From: Candidatus Hermodarchaeota archaeon
GTDB taxonomy: Archaea > Asgardarchaeota > Lokiarchaeia > Sigyniarchaeales > SOKP01
Length of the DNA stretch: 12,044 bases
Reading direction: 5' to 3'
Assembly (NCBI GenBank): GCA_048885925.1
Contig: JBHLLG010000087.1
Span: forward strand, 1 to 12,044
Position 1 is the first letter of the stretch, and every line of letters begins with the position of its first letter. A model generated the notes under the pieces. That model searched no databases, was not told the origin of the DNA, and saw only the letters and a program-made list of their open reading frames with translations. Both the position numbers and the translations under genes were made by a program. Below are positions 1-8,140 of the stretch, piece by piece.

Positions 1-513
1 GCTCTTACCCAATTCACAAAAAGCTTAACGATAATTAAAGGTGGAATAAAAGATAATGTAGTACCCGATAGATGTGAGGCAATCATAGATTTCAGATTGT
101 TACCAGGACAAGAAATAGAACCAATTTTAAATGCAATAAGAAAGCTAGTTGAAGTAGATTTAGGATATTCCGTAAAAAGTGAACCTTCAGGAGATCCACA
201 GGAAGTTTTTGTTTATATAGAAAATATACAATATTCTGAGCCTTCTTATTGGAAGGATTGGGATAAATCTTCAACACTAAAACGTTTTTATAAGATTGTA
301 GAAAAGGTACATAATAAAAAGCCATTTTATTTCTTATATCCCGCTAGTGCTGATGCGTCTCATTTACGAAATGGGGCTTATTGTACTGAAACAATAATGT
401 TTGGTCCTGGGAGTGGAGCAAGTGCTCACTCGATTGATGAATATATAGAAATAGAAGATTTCATTAATGCAATTAAAACCTATACTCTCTTCGCATATGA
501 TTATTTAAAATAA
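1..513 (+). CDS. M20 family metallopeptidase/deacylase (ArgE/DapE-like), C-terminal part, 5'-truncated by the window
   Basis: Frame 1 is open from base 1: ALTQFTKSLTIIKGGIKDNVVPDRCEAIIDFRLLPGQ matches the M20 dimerisation motif (GG..NVVP......D.R..P). The C-terminal FGPG....AHSIDEYI motif carries the metal-binding His. The TTG start at 97 in the ORF track is internal. Confidence 0.9.
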   Translation, partial: ALTQFTKSLTIIKGGIKDNVVPDRCEAIIDFRLLPGQEIEPILNAIRKLVEVDLGYSVKSEPSGDPQEVFVYIENIQYSEPSYWKDWDKSSTLKRFYKIVEKVHNKKPFYFLYPASADASHLRNGAYCTETIMFGPGSGASAHSIDEYIEIEDFINAIKTYTLFAYDYLK

Positions 514-603
514 CAAAATAATTTATAATAGATACAGAAGTTTAAATGATTCTGCTAATATTATTTTATTAATTTTAATATATATGGTTTCTATTAGATT
601 AAT

Positions 604-1779
604 TTGCCTTTATCAAAGATTGAAGATACAGTTATCCTTTTAGATGTTTCTAGATCAATGCTGAGAAAGGATTTTAAACCAAACAGATTGGCAGTAGAAT
701 TAGAAACAACTAAATATTTCATTCAATCCAAATTGTCTTATGATATGAAAGATCGAATCTCAATAATTACATTTGGCGAAATTACTAGGAAGTTAATTGA
801 TTTTGCATTTGAAGAAAATAAGCTAATCCAATCGTTAAAAAAGATTCAAATTTCAGGTCAAGGAATCTTACATGAAGGAATCGCTTTTGCATTACAAATT
901 CTTGTTGAAGAAATGCGAAAGGTTGGAGGAAGAGTTCCACGCATAATCATAATCACTGATAACAAGTTAATATTTGATATTACTAAATTAGAAAAAATAG
1001 TCAACATAGCTAAAGGATTAGGTGTTTTTATTGATGTCTGTCAATTAAGCGGAACGCAAGATTATGGAAAGTACTCATTGAAGAGGATAACTCAATCTAC
1101 TAACGGGGAATACGGCTTTTATAATAATTCTAAGGCTTTAATTAACGCAGGGAGTATTTTCGCAATGAAAAAGGATGTAAAAGAAACCAGTGATTACTTT
1201 TCGCCTGTGAATAAGGACAAAATTGCTCCTTTAGTTAGTGAAATTGCTTTACCGTTAAAAAGACCAACATTATTAGAATTACGACATATTATAACAGGAA
1301 AATTTCAGACTCAAGAAAAATGCCAAATCTGCCATTCTGCTAAATCGGCTGTTACTGGCGCTGACTTTTTTAGTGAAGGACGTTATTGCCCAAATTGTGA
1401 TCGTTCCATGCATCTTTCATGTGCTGCAATGTGGGCTAAAAAAACCGAATATAAAGAAAATGTTTTCAGATGCCCTTTCTGCTTCTTCCTTTTAGAGATT
1501 TCACCAGCAGCGTTGAAACTCATTAAAGATAAAGAAGATTTAATGCAAGAAATAAAAATTGTAGAAGAAGATTCAGAAACAAAGATGTTATTAATTTCAA
1601 ATCAAGAAATAGAACAAATAGATGCTTCATGCTCTTATTGTCATAGCATTTTTTTAGGTGATTTTAAAGTTTTTAAGTGTGAAAAATGCAATTCATATTA
1701 TCATGAACCATGCCTTCAAAAAATGAGTAAAGAATTAAAAGCCTGTAGGTATTGTGGAGCTAAAATAACCATAGAATAG
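604..1779 (+). CDS. vWA-domain protein (Ssl1/p44- or Rpn10-like N-terminus) with two C-terminal C4HC3 RING/PHD-type zinc fingers
   Basis: N-terminal VILLDVSRSM..KDFKPNRL (DxSxS MIDAS) and IIIITD. Fingers are CQIC-x18-CPNC-x4-H-x2-C-x16-CPFC (1321-1482) and CSYC-x12-CEKC-x4-H-x2-C-x10-CRYC (1630-1755). The TTG start is bounded by an in-frame TAG at 595-597. Confidence 0.85.
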   Translation: MPLSKIEDTVILLDVSRSMLRKDFKPNRLAVELETTKYFIQSKLSYDMKDRISIITFGEITRKLIDFAFEENKLIQSLKKIQISGQGILHEGIAFALQILVEEMRKVGGRVPRIIIITDNKLIFDITKLEKIVNIAKGLGVFIDVCQLSGTQDYGKYSLKRITQSTNGEYGFYNNSKALINAGSIFAMKKDVKETSDYFSPVNKDKIAPLVSEIALPLKRPTLLELRHIITGKFQTQEKCQICHSAKSAVTGADFFSEGRYCPNCDRSMHLSCAAMWAKKTEYKENVFRCPFCFFLLEISPAALKLIKDKEDLMQEIKIVEEDSETKMLLISNQEIEQIDASCSYCHSIFLGDFKVFKCEKCNSYYHEPCLQKMSKELKACRYCGAKITIE

Positions 1780-1852
1780 CTAATTATATATTCTTTCTTT
1801 GTTTAAATTATTTAAGGTATTAATTTTTTTTATATCTAAATAAGAATTAAAT

Positions 1853-1858
1853 GGTGGT
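1853..1858 (+). promoter_or_regulatory. Shine-Dalgarno-like GGTGGT upstream of the putative CTG start of metG
   Basis: GGTGGT ends 6 nt before CTG at 1865 and is the only G-rich patch in an otherwise AT-rich intergenic region. Confidence 0.45.
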
Positions 1859-1864
1859 TTTAAA

Positions 1865-3898
1865 CTGGCAAATAAGTGGATTGTTACATCAGCATGGCCT
1901 TATGTAAATTATACTCCTCATCTTGGTAACTTAATTGGAAGCACTCTTTCAGCAGATGTATTTGCCAGATTTTTACGATTAAAAGGAGACGAAGTTGTAT
2001 TTGTCTCTGGATCTGATTCTCATGGAACTCCTGTAGCTGTAGCAGCAAAAAAATTAAATGTATCAACTGAAGAATTAGCTTTAAAATATCATAAAATAAT
2101 TAAAGATTTACATAATAAATGGAAAATCTCTTTTGATAATTATACAGTAACTCATAATCCAATTCATATAGAATTTGTACAACAATTTTATTTAGATATA
2201 CAAAAAAATGGATATATTTTTGAAAAAGAAATAGAATCGCTTTACTGTGAAAAAGATAAATTATATCTTCCCGATCGCTTTGTAGAGGGAACATGCCCAC
2301 ATTGTGGTGAAAAAGGTGCCAGAGGAGATCAATGTGATAACTGTCAAAAACTTTTGACTCCATTAGAGCTAAAAAAACCTTATTGCGCGATATGTGGGGC
2401 TCCTCCTGAGATTAAAAAAACAAAACATTGGTATATGGATTTCCCAAAATTAAAAGATCGCCTAGAAAAATTAATTAGAGAAAATGAAATTATTCCTCAA
2501 AATGCCAGGCAAATGTGCTTAAATAGTATCGAGGAAGGTATTCCTGAAAGAGCAATTACTAGAGATTTAGAATGGGGTATTCCCGCTCCATTTGATGGAG
2601 CTGAAAATAAGACGATATATGTTTGGTTTGAGGCGGTTTTAGGATATGTTTCAGCTGTTAAAGAATGGGCGGAAAAAATAATTAATAAACCAGAGCAATT
2701 TGATTATTTCTGGAAAGATAAGGAAGCAAAAGCAGTTTATTTTATTGGAAAAGATAATATTATCTTTCATTTAATAGTATTTCCTGGACTATTAATGGCT
2801 TATAATGATAATAAACCTGAAAAAGAAAAATTGGTATTACCTTATAATGTTTCTTCCACAGAGTGGTTAATGTATGAGAATAACAAGTTTTCAAAATCCA
2901 AAGGTATAGGTATCTGGATTGATGAAGCTTTAAAATTGGCTCCATTGGATTACTGGCGTTTTAATTTAATCTATAATAGACCTGAAAAGAGTGATACCTC
3001 CTTTTTATGGTCTGAATTTGAAAATAATGTCAATACTATAAATGATGTTTTAGGAAATTTTATCCATCGTTCTTTAACATTCATTTATAGGCAATTTAAC
3101 AGCACTATACCGAAAAAGATAAAGTTAGACGATATAGATGAAGCATTTAGTTTAAAAATAAATTCAATTTCTTCAAAAATTGGTAATTTATTAGAAAGTT
3201 TTAAATTAAGAAAAGCTTTAAGAGAAATTGTTAAATTTGGAAGAGAAGGTAATATTTATTTAAACGATAAAGCTCCTTGGCATTTGATAAAGAAAAATAA
3301 AGATGCCGCAGGGCAAGTTTTTAATTTATGTGCTCAAGCAGTATATGCTTTAGCAATTCTATTAAGCCCATTCATTCCTGATACTTCTTTAAAAATTTTA
3401 CATTTTATTAATATTCCTCAAAAATTAGAAGAATTATCATGGAATAGTATCAATGATAATGCAATCAAGGAAGGGAGTAAAATTAAAAATCCAGAACCTC
3501 TCTTTGAAAAATTGGATATTAATGAATTAAATGAAAATTTAAAAAAAATTAGAGAAAAAGGTGAAAGTGAAAAAGAAATGGTATCATATGAAGATTTTAA
3601 AAAATTAGATATCCGTGTTGCTCTTATTGAAAAAGTTGATAAAGTTCCTAAAGCAGATAGATTATATAAACTTACCATTGATTTAGGAAGTGAAAAACGA
3701 ACATTAGTTGCGGGATTAGCTGAACATTATAAAGTAGATGAGTTAAAAGGAAAAAAAATTATTGTATTGACAAATTTAGAACCAAGAAAATTAAAAGGTA
3801 TTCAAAGTGAAGGAATGCTTCTTGCAGCGGTTGAGGGTGATACCGTATCAATTTTAAAACCAGATAAGGATATCCCACTTGGAGCAAGAGTGGAATAA
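1865..3898 (+). CDS. metG: Methionyl-tRNA synthetase with C-terminal Trbp111/EMAPII-like tRNA-binding domain (677 aa if started at CTG 1865)
   Basis: The reading frame of ORF 2354..3898 continues upstream to TAA at 1841-1843 and encodes KWIVTSAWPYVNYTPHLGNLIGSTLSADVFARF (HIGH motif HLGN), SGSDSHGTP and zinc knuckles CPHC/CDNC/CAIC. Downstream are ITRDLEWGIP, YVWFEA, FIGKDNIIFH, KFSKS (KMSKS motif) and the OB-fold DFKKLDIRVA...NLEPRKLKGIQSEGMLL. Identity is secure; the exact start codon is uncertain. Confidence 0.97.
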   Translation: MANKWIVTSAWPYVNYTPHLGNLIGSTLSADVFARFLRLKGDEVVFVSGSDSHGTPVAVAAKKLNVSTEELALKYHKIIKDLHNKWKISFDNYTVTHNPIHIEFVQQFYLDIQKNGYIFEKEIESLYCEKDKLYLPDRFVEGTCPHCGEKGARGDQCDNCQKLLTPLELKKPYCAICGAPPEIKKTKHWYMDFPKLKDRLEKLIRENEIIPQNARQMCLNSIEEGIPERAITRDLEWGIPAPFDGAENKTIYVWFEAVLGYVSAVKEWAEKIINKPEQFDYFWKDKEAKAVYFIGKDNIIFHLIVFPGLLMAYNDNKPEKEKLVLPYNVSSTEWLMYENNKFSKSKGIGIWIDEALKLAPLDYWRFNLIYNRPEKSDTSFLWSEFENNVNTINDVLGNFIHRSLTFIYRQFNSTIPKKIKLDDIDEAFSLKINSISSKIGNLLESFKLRKALREIVKFGREGNIYLNDKAPWHLIKKNKDAAGQVFNLCAQAVYALAILLSPFIPDTSLKILHFINIPQKLEELSWNSINDNAIKEGSKIKNPEPLFEKLDINELNENLKKIREKGESEKEMVSYEDFKKLDIRVALIEKVDKVPKADRLYKLTIDLGSEKRTLVAGLAEHYKVDELKGKKIIVLTNLEPRKLKGIQSEGMLLAAVEGDTVSILKPDKDIPLGARVE

Positions 3899-3899
3899 A

Positions 3900-5144
3900 C
3901 TATAATTTTAATGAAAATAAGGGATTTAATCGAGCAATTATTTCTCCAAGATCTAATTGGATTGTTTTAAGAACTACATCTCGTCCTCGATATTCAAATT
4001 GTAATTCACTTACGCTTCTAATTATTTTTAATCTGCTGATATCTGTTTTCAGAGAAGTAACAAAATATCTTTGATCTTTATATTCTAATATATCTAACAC
4101 GTCTTCTACATAATTAAATGCATATCCTCCTCCATGAGGAAGAATACAAGCATTGAATAGAACATCTAAAAGTTCTAAATCTTCTCCTCTTTGTAGAAGC
4201 TCCAAATTTTTAAGAGTTGTATTCGTTAAATTTTTTTTACCACTAAATAAATAAGCAGCAATATCTGCTCTTAAAGTAGTTGGAAAAATGTTAGATTTAA
4301 TAAGATCACAATCTATATCTGTACAATTACTTCCTAAGTACATATTATTATAATCTTTAAGAAACTGATGAGGTTGATTACAAATTATTTCTAATTCATC
4401 ATTAAACAGATGATTCGCAATAATCTGTCTTTTTAAGTTTGAAAATTCTAAAGCCTTTTTACTAAATTCAAAATAATCCCTTGCATCAGAATCTATTAAA
4501 ATATACTGGTTTCCGAATTTAGTGTCTTCTTCAATCGCAATTTCCTTTAAAGTTTTCGATTTATCAATGTAAAGCCCAATTCCATATTGATCATCCCTTA
4601 ATTCGGGACATGAACCGTGAATTAAAAATATATATGGAGAAAAACCGACATCAGATAAACTCTTGGTTTCAAAACAGTTAATAAAATGATTTGAAATTCC
4701 ATAATCCCAATTTAATAAGATATCATTATAATATAGTTCTTCTGATTTAATCATATCAATTCTTTTAATTAATTCGTAAGGATCAGGCAACTCCTTTAAT
4801 CCACCAACCAAGATACCGCAACAATTAGGTTTCGTATTAAGAAAAATTAATTTATCTTTCCCATCGCCCCAATTTATTCTTCCTCCATACCCTAAACCAG
4901 AATTCCATCTAAATTTATTCCGTGAAATCGTTTCATCAGGAGAAGAAATAAATGTTGCTTTAGGTTGCTGTCCATATTTTTCTTGAATAAGCTGAAATTG
5001 GGCTAATCCATATTTCATATTAGCCCTACATAAACGGGAGGTTCCATCATTCAAACCAGTTGAAAAAATAAATTGATTTGCTCTATCTAACAAATCTGAT
5101 TTTGATAACTCAAATAAATTTTGAGAAAGGATGGACGAAACCAT
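3900..5144 (-). CDS. Divergent RtcB-superfamily (RNA ligase-like) protein
   Basis: Motifs occur in RtcB order: SPD (cf. MPD), PNCCG (cf. DINCG), SNHFIN (cf. GNHFLE), IHGS (cf. VHTGS), PHQ (cf. HN), PHGGGY (cf. HGAGR) and the terminal ARLNPLFSLKL (cf. ARLRPIGVAKG). Confidence 0.7.
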   Translation of the reverse strand: MVSSILSQNLFELSKSDLLDRANQFIFSTGLNDGTSRLCRANMKYGLAQFQLIQEKYGQQPKATFISSPDETISRNKFRWNSGLGYGGRINWGDGKDKLIFLNTKPNCCGILVGGLKELPDPYELIKRIDMIKSEELYYNDILLNWDYGISNHFINCFETKSLSDVGFSPYIFLIHGSCPELRDDQYGIGLYIDKSKTLKEIAIEEDTKFGNQYILIDSDARDYFEFSKKALEFSNLKRQIIANHLFNDELEIICNQPHQFLKDYNNMYLGSNCTDIDCDLIKSNIFPTTLRADIAAYLFSGKKNLTNTTLKNLELLQRGEDLELLDVLFNACILPHGGGYAFNYVEDVLDILEYKDQRYFVTSLKTDISRLKIIRSVSELQFEYRGRDVVLKTIQLDLGEIIARLNPLFSLKL

Positions 5145-5280
5145 TTTATACTATTTATTGGTATATTTTATTTACGCTATCTAAAAATATATTGGAAAGA
5201 ATATATATATAATATTAATGATATTATTTTGAAAAAGTTAAGTAAAAAGAAACTAAATTATCATTACAAAACTAGTTACA
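5145..5280. promoter_or_regulatory. Divergent promoter region between the RtcB-like gene and the 207-aa gene
   Basis: 136-nt, very AT-rich gap between head-to-head genes containing TATA-like runs (ATATATATATAATATTAAT at about 5201-5219). Individual elements cannot be assigned at this AT content. Confidence 0.4.
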
Positions 5281-5904
5281 ATGAAAAATTCCTTTCACTT
5301 TGTATTATTTGATTCACTAAAGGAGAAAAAGATTAATGGAGAGTTTAAAGGTTCAATTGTCTCCAAGTGTCAAGACAAAATTATTTTTTCAGATAATATA
5401 AAAATCTCAGATTCTGAAGGGATTTATATATCGGAAGGTTTAATTGTAGGATTTGAAAAGAATGGAAATGAATTTGCGGCATTTTCAAGAAAATCTGATT
5501 TTAAATGGAATTCAAATGAAATACCACTAGAATATTCTATTTCCATTCCTGAAGAGACCATGGAAAAGTATGATCAAGGACAATTCTCAAGCGATTTTCC
5601 ATTTACTGTTAATCTCCTTCACACAGCAGGTTTGCTTCTAAATTCTTCCGATTTTAATATTAATCATCTAAACTTTTTCAAAGGTGAAATTCTTAAAAAT
5701 CCTGTTTCAATGATAAGAGATGGGATTATAATAGCTGATAGAGTTGTTATTGATGACAACGGTGATCCTGTATTTTATGATTGTTTAATTGTAGGAAGAG
5801 AAAAAAGTGAACAATTGAATATAAGCTATGAACATATTATCAATGTTGATGATGAAGCTCTAGAATATATCATAATTTTAGGAATTGAAGAATTAAAAAT
5901 CTAA
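5281..5904 (+). CDS. Hypothetical protein built from two ~100-aa internal repeats
   Basis: 207-aa ATG-initiated ORF with typical codon usage and no family recognised. The pattern FKGxI...II..D...I.D..G.....LIVG.EK occurs twice. Confidence 0.8.
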   Translation: MKNSFHFVLFDSLKEKKINGEFKGSIVSKCQDKIIFSDNIKISDSEGIYISEGLIVGFEKNGNEFAAFSRKSDFKWNSNEIPLEYSISIPEETMEKYDQGQFSSDFPFTVNLLHTAGLLLNSSDFNINHLNFFKGEILKNPVSMIRDGIIIADRVVIDDNGDPVFYDCLIVGREKSEQLNISYEHIINVDDEALEYIIILGIEELKI

Positions 5905-5922
5905 AGTTTACTCGAACTAAAC

Positions 5923-7143
5923 ATGCTAATTTTTGTGAATAAAGAACAGAAATTACTTAATCTTTTAAGATTTATGGGTTCACCTTTTAAAAAATTTGTT
6001 TCTACAGGAGAGATTGAAGAAGATCTAGGAATTGTCCAATCTCGGCAAGAAATATTAAATTCTATCATTAATACTGTTGAAAATAATGAAAATCTCATTC
6101 TACCAATTATAGGAGATGTAGGTGTAGGAAAAACCCATTCATATTGGGCTTTAAAACATGAATTATATTATTATAATATTGTCTATATTTCCTTGGAAAA
6201 TGTTATGAAGAAATTTTTTTATTACACTTATTCAGAATTTATTGAAAGTCTGGGAATTGACGTATTGAGAAATATTGCGAAAATGTTATGCAATAAGTGG
6301 GGTGCTTTAGAGAGAAAATTTGGCTTCTTTCATTTAGCAGAAATTGAAAAAGTAAGAAAAATTGCCTTAGAAAAGTGGGCTCCTCAATTCGAAAGTACAG
6401 AAGCGATAACTGATATAATAAATGCTATTACAGCTCATCAATTAGATCCATATAAGACAATAGAAGTTGAAAAATGGTTTTGTGGGGAATTATTAGACAT
6501 AAGAGAGCTTTCAAGATTAAATCTTAATAACGATTTAAGAAATAAAACCAATGCTTATACTATGTTGAAAGTATTAGTCGAAAATTCAATGATAAACAGC
6601 GTGCTATTTATTGATGACTTTGAAAAGATTTTATCAATGTTAAATCCTATATCGATAGAAGAACAAGAAGAAGAAGTTTTTGATCGTAGTTGGCTTTATG
6701 GAAGTAAAGAATCACCTGAAAAACAAACGGCAGAAAAAATAATTGATAAAATTGTTAAGTTAAATAAAATTAGTGGTTTAAAAATTATCATAACTTTGAA
6801 ATCTGCTGAATTTTATCAACAAATTATAAAAAAGTTTGAGGAAATAGATAGAAATCTTTTAAATTTAATAAAAGAGCCTATAGTAATTTCAAACTTTGTT
6901 GAACAAGATCTATTTAAATTTTATAAGAATAGTTTAGAATTATTTTTTGGAAAAATAAATTATTTTGAATATTTTAAGGATTTTTCTGATTCATATTACC
7001 CTTTAAATGAAAAAATTTTGAAATATATATATAATCAAGCAAAAGGCAATCCTAGAGAAATCCTTAAATTATTGATACAAATTTTTAATGAAATAACCTT
7101 ATCTAACAAAGATTTAGATGAAATTATTAAATTTTATCAATAA
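5923..7143 (+). CDS. P-loop ATPase of the AAA+/STAND-like class, BrxD/DUF2791-like
   Basis: Walker A GDVGVGKTH, Walker B VLFIDDFE, C-terminal helical-lid motif AKGNPREILK, and a large helical insert between the Walker motifs with W..GE. An alternative start is ATG 5974 (MGSPF). Confidence 0.8.
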   Translation: MLIFVNKEQKLLNLLRFMGSPFKKFVSTGEIEEDLGIVQSRQEILNSIINTVENNENLILPIIGDVGVGKTHSYWALKHELYYYNIVYISLENVMKKFFYYTYSEFIESLGIDVLRNIAKMLCNKWGALERKFGFFHLAEIEKVRKIALEKWAPQFESTEAITDIINAITAHQLDPYKTIEVEKWFCGELLDIRELSRLNLNNDLRNKTNAYTMLKVLVENSMINSVLFIDDFEKILSMLNPISIEEQEEEVFDRSWLYGSKESPEKQTAEKIIDKIVKLNKISGLKIIITLKSAEFYQQIIKKFEEIDRNLLNLIKEPIVISNFVEQDLFKFYKNSLELFFGKINYFEYFKDFSDSYYPLNEKILKYIYNQAKGNPREILKLLIQIFNEITLSNKDLDEIIKFYQ

Positions 7144-7153
7144 ATATTGTTTT

Positions 7154-7879
7154 TTATCTATTTTTTAGTAATACTTTCTCATAGATATCAATTTCATTAA
7201 GATACATTTCTTTAAAATTTTCTTCCCAATTTGAATCTACAATCATTTTACGAAAAGATTCCATATCAAGAGGAGATTTAAAATATGCCAATAATAAAAC
7301 TCTAATCGATATTGACTTCAAAATTTTATAATTTTCCTGATTATTTAATGAATTGAATAATTGATGAAAATCTGGAAGAAATTTATAAAAGATATCTATA
7401 TATAAGTCCTCTGTTCCAATATCTTTATAATTTAATGCTTGAAAAATATTCCTTAAAATCATACTAGGAAGATTTTCAAAATCATAAATTATCTTAAGAG
7501 CATTAATTTTAATTGGTTCATAATCATCATTTATCGCATATCCAATTAACTTTAATATATCGCCTGTTATTTCTATACGCTTTGAAATTTTTTCGAATGC
7601 TTGAATTATCTCATTTCTAATCCATCTATCTGAAGTATAATAACTTTCTAATAAGTAATTCAAATATTTATGATCTAATGGTGAATTTTTACCTATTTCA
7701 CCTATTAAAAACACCAAATTTAATTTAATTTTATTAATTATTTGAGGCTTAGGAATATCAATGAAATAATTTATATATTTAAGATATTCAATATCGGGAT
7801 TTTCACTTAATTTTATTAGGAAATCATTAATTTCTTCTGGATCTTCAAGCTTCTTAAAATTTTTTTTTAATAATTCCAT
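7154..7879 (-). CDS. HEAT/ARM-like alpha-helical repeat protein
   Basis: Successive HEAT-like units: KIKLNLVFLIGEIG, SDRWIRNEIIQAFEKI, DDYEPIKINALKII. Confidence 0.7.
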   Translation of the reverse strand: MELLKKNFKKLEDPEEINDFLIKLSENPDIEYLKYINYFIDIPKPQIINKIKLNLVFLIGEIGKNSPLDHKYLNYLLESYYTSDRWIRNEIIQAFEKISKRIEITGDILKLIGYAINDDYEPIKINALKIIYDFENLPSMILRNIFQALNYKDIGTEDLYIDIFYKFLPDFHQLFNSLNNQENYKILKSISIRVLLLAYFKSPLDMESFRKMIVDSNWEENFKEMYLNEIDIYEKVLLKNR

Positions 7880-8140
7880 AAATATCTATAATCTCTTTAG
7901 AATATCTACATAAAAAATACTTACATTTAATTTTATTTTCCTATGATTTTATATTTTTGAATATTTATTGAATCGAAAAATTATAAATTATTATATCAAG
8001 TATTTTTAATTTATTTTTATTAAAATAAAAGAAGGTTCAAGTTAAATTAATAAAATATCTAAAATTCAAGCCTTGAGAAAAAATTGCACTAAATTTTTAG
8101 GTTAGATTCCAATTAATAAAAAAAACAAGGAAACATTGAT

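Noticed and set aside
584-643. Out-of-frame ATG upstream of the vWA gene as a second frameshift or uORF case
   Set aside because: There is no canonical slippery heptamer, and an acceptable TTG start exists at 604.
92-3678. Short minus-strand ORFs 92-325, 1884-2066, 2100-2363, 2760-2945 and 3418-3678
   Set aside because: They are antisense shadows of well-supported genes with no recognisable motifs.
2354-3898. ORF-track 514-aa MetRS as a truncated gene or pseudogene
   Set aside because: The same frame is open and conserved back to 1844, including the HIGH motif. Only the start codon is non-standard.
5923-7143. Orc1/Cdc6 or a complete BREX system
   Set aside because: There is no C-terminal winged-helix domain as in Cdc6 and no other BREX components in the window.
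7880-8140. ncRNA, CRISPR array or mobile-element end in the longest intergenic gap
   Set aside because: The gap is extremely AT-rich with no GC-rich stems, regular repeats or clear terminal inverted repeats. It is best explained as a divergent promoter region.
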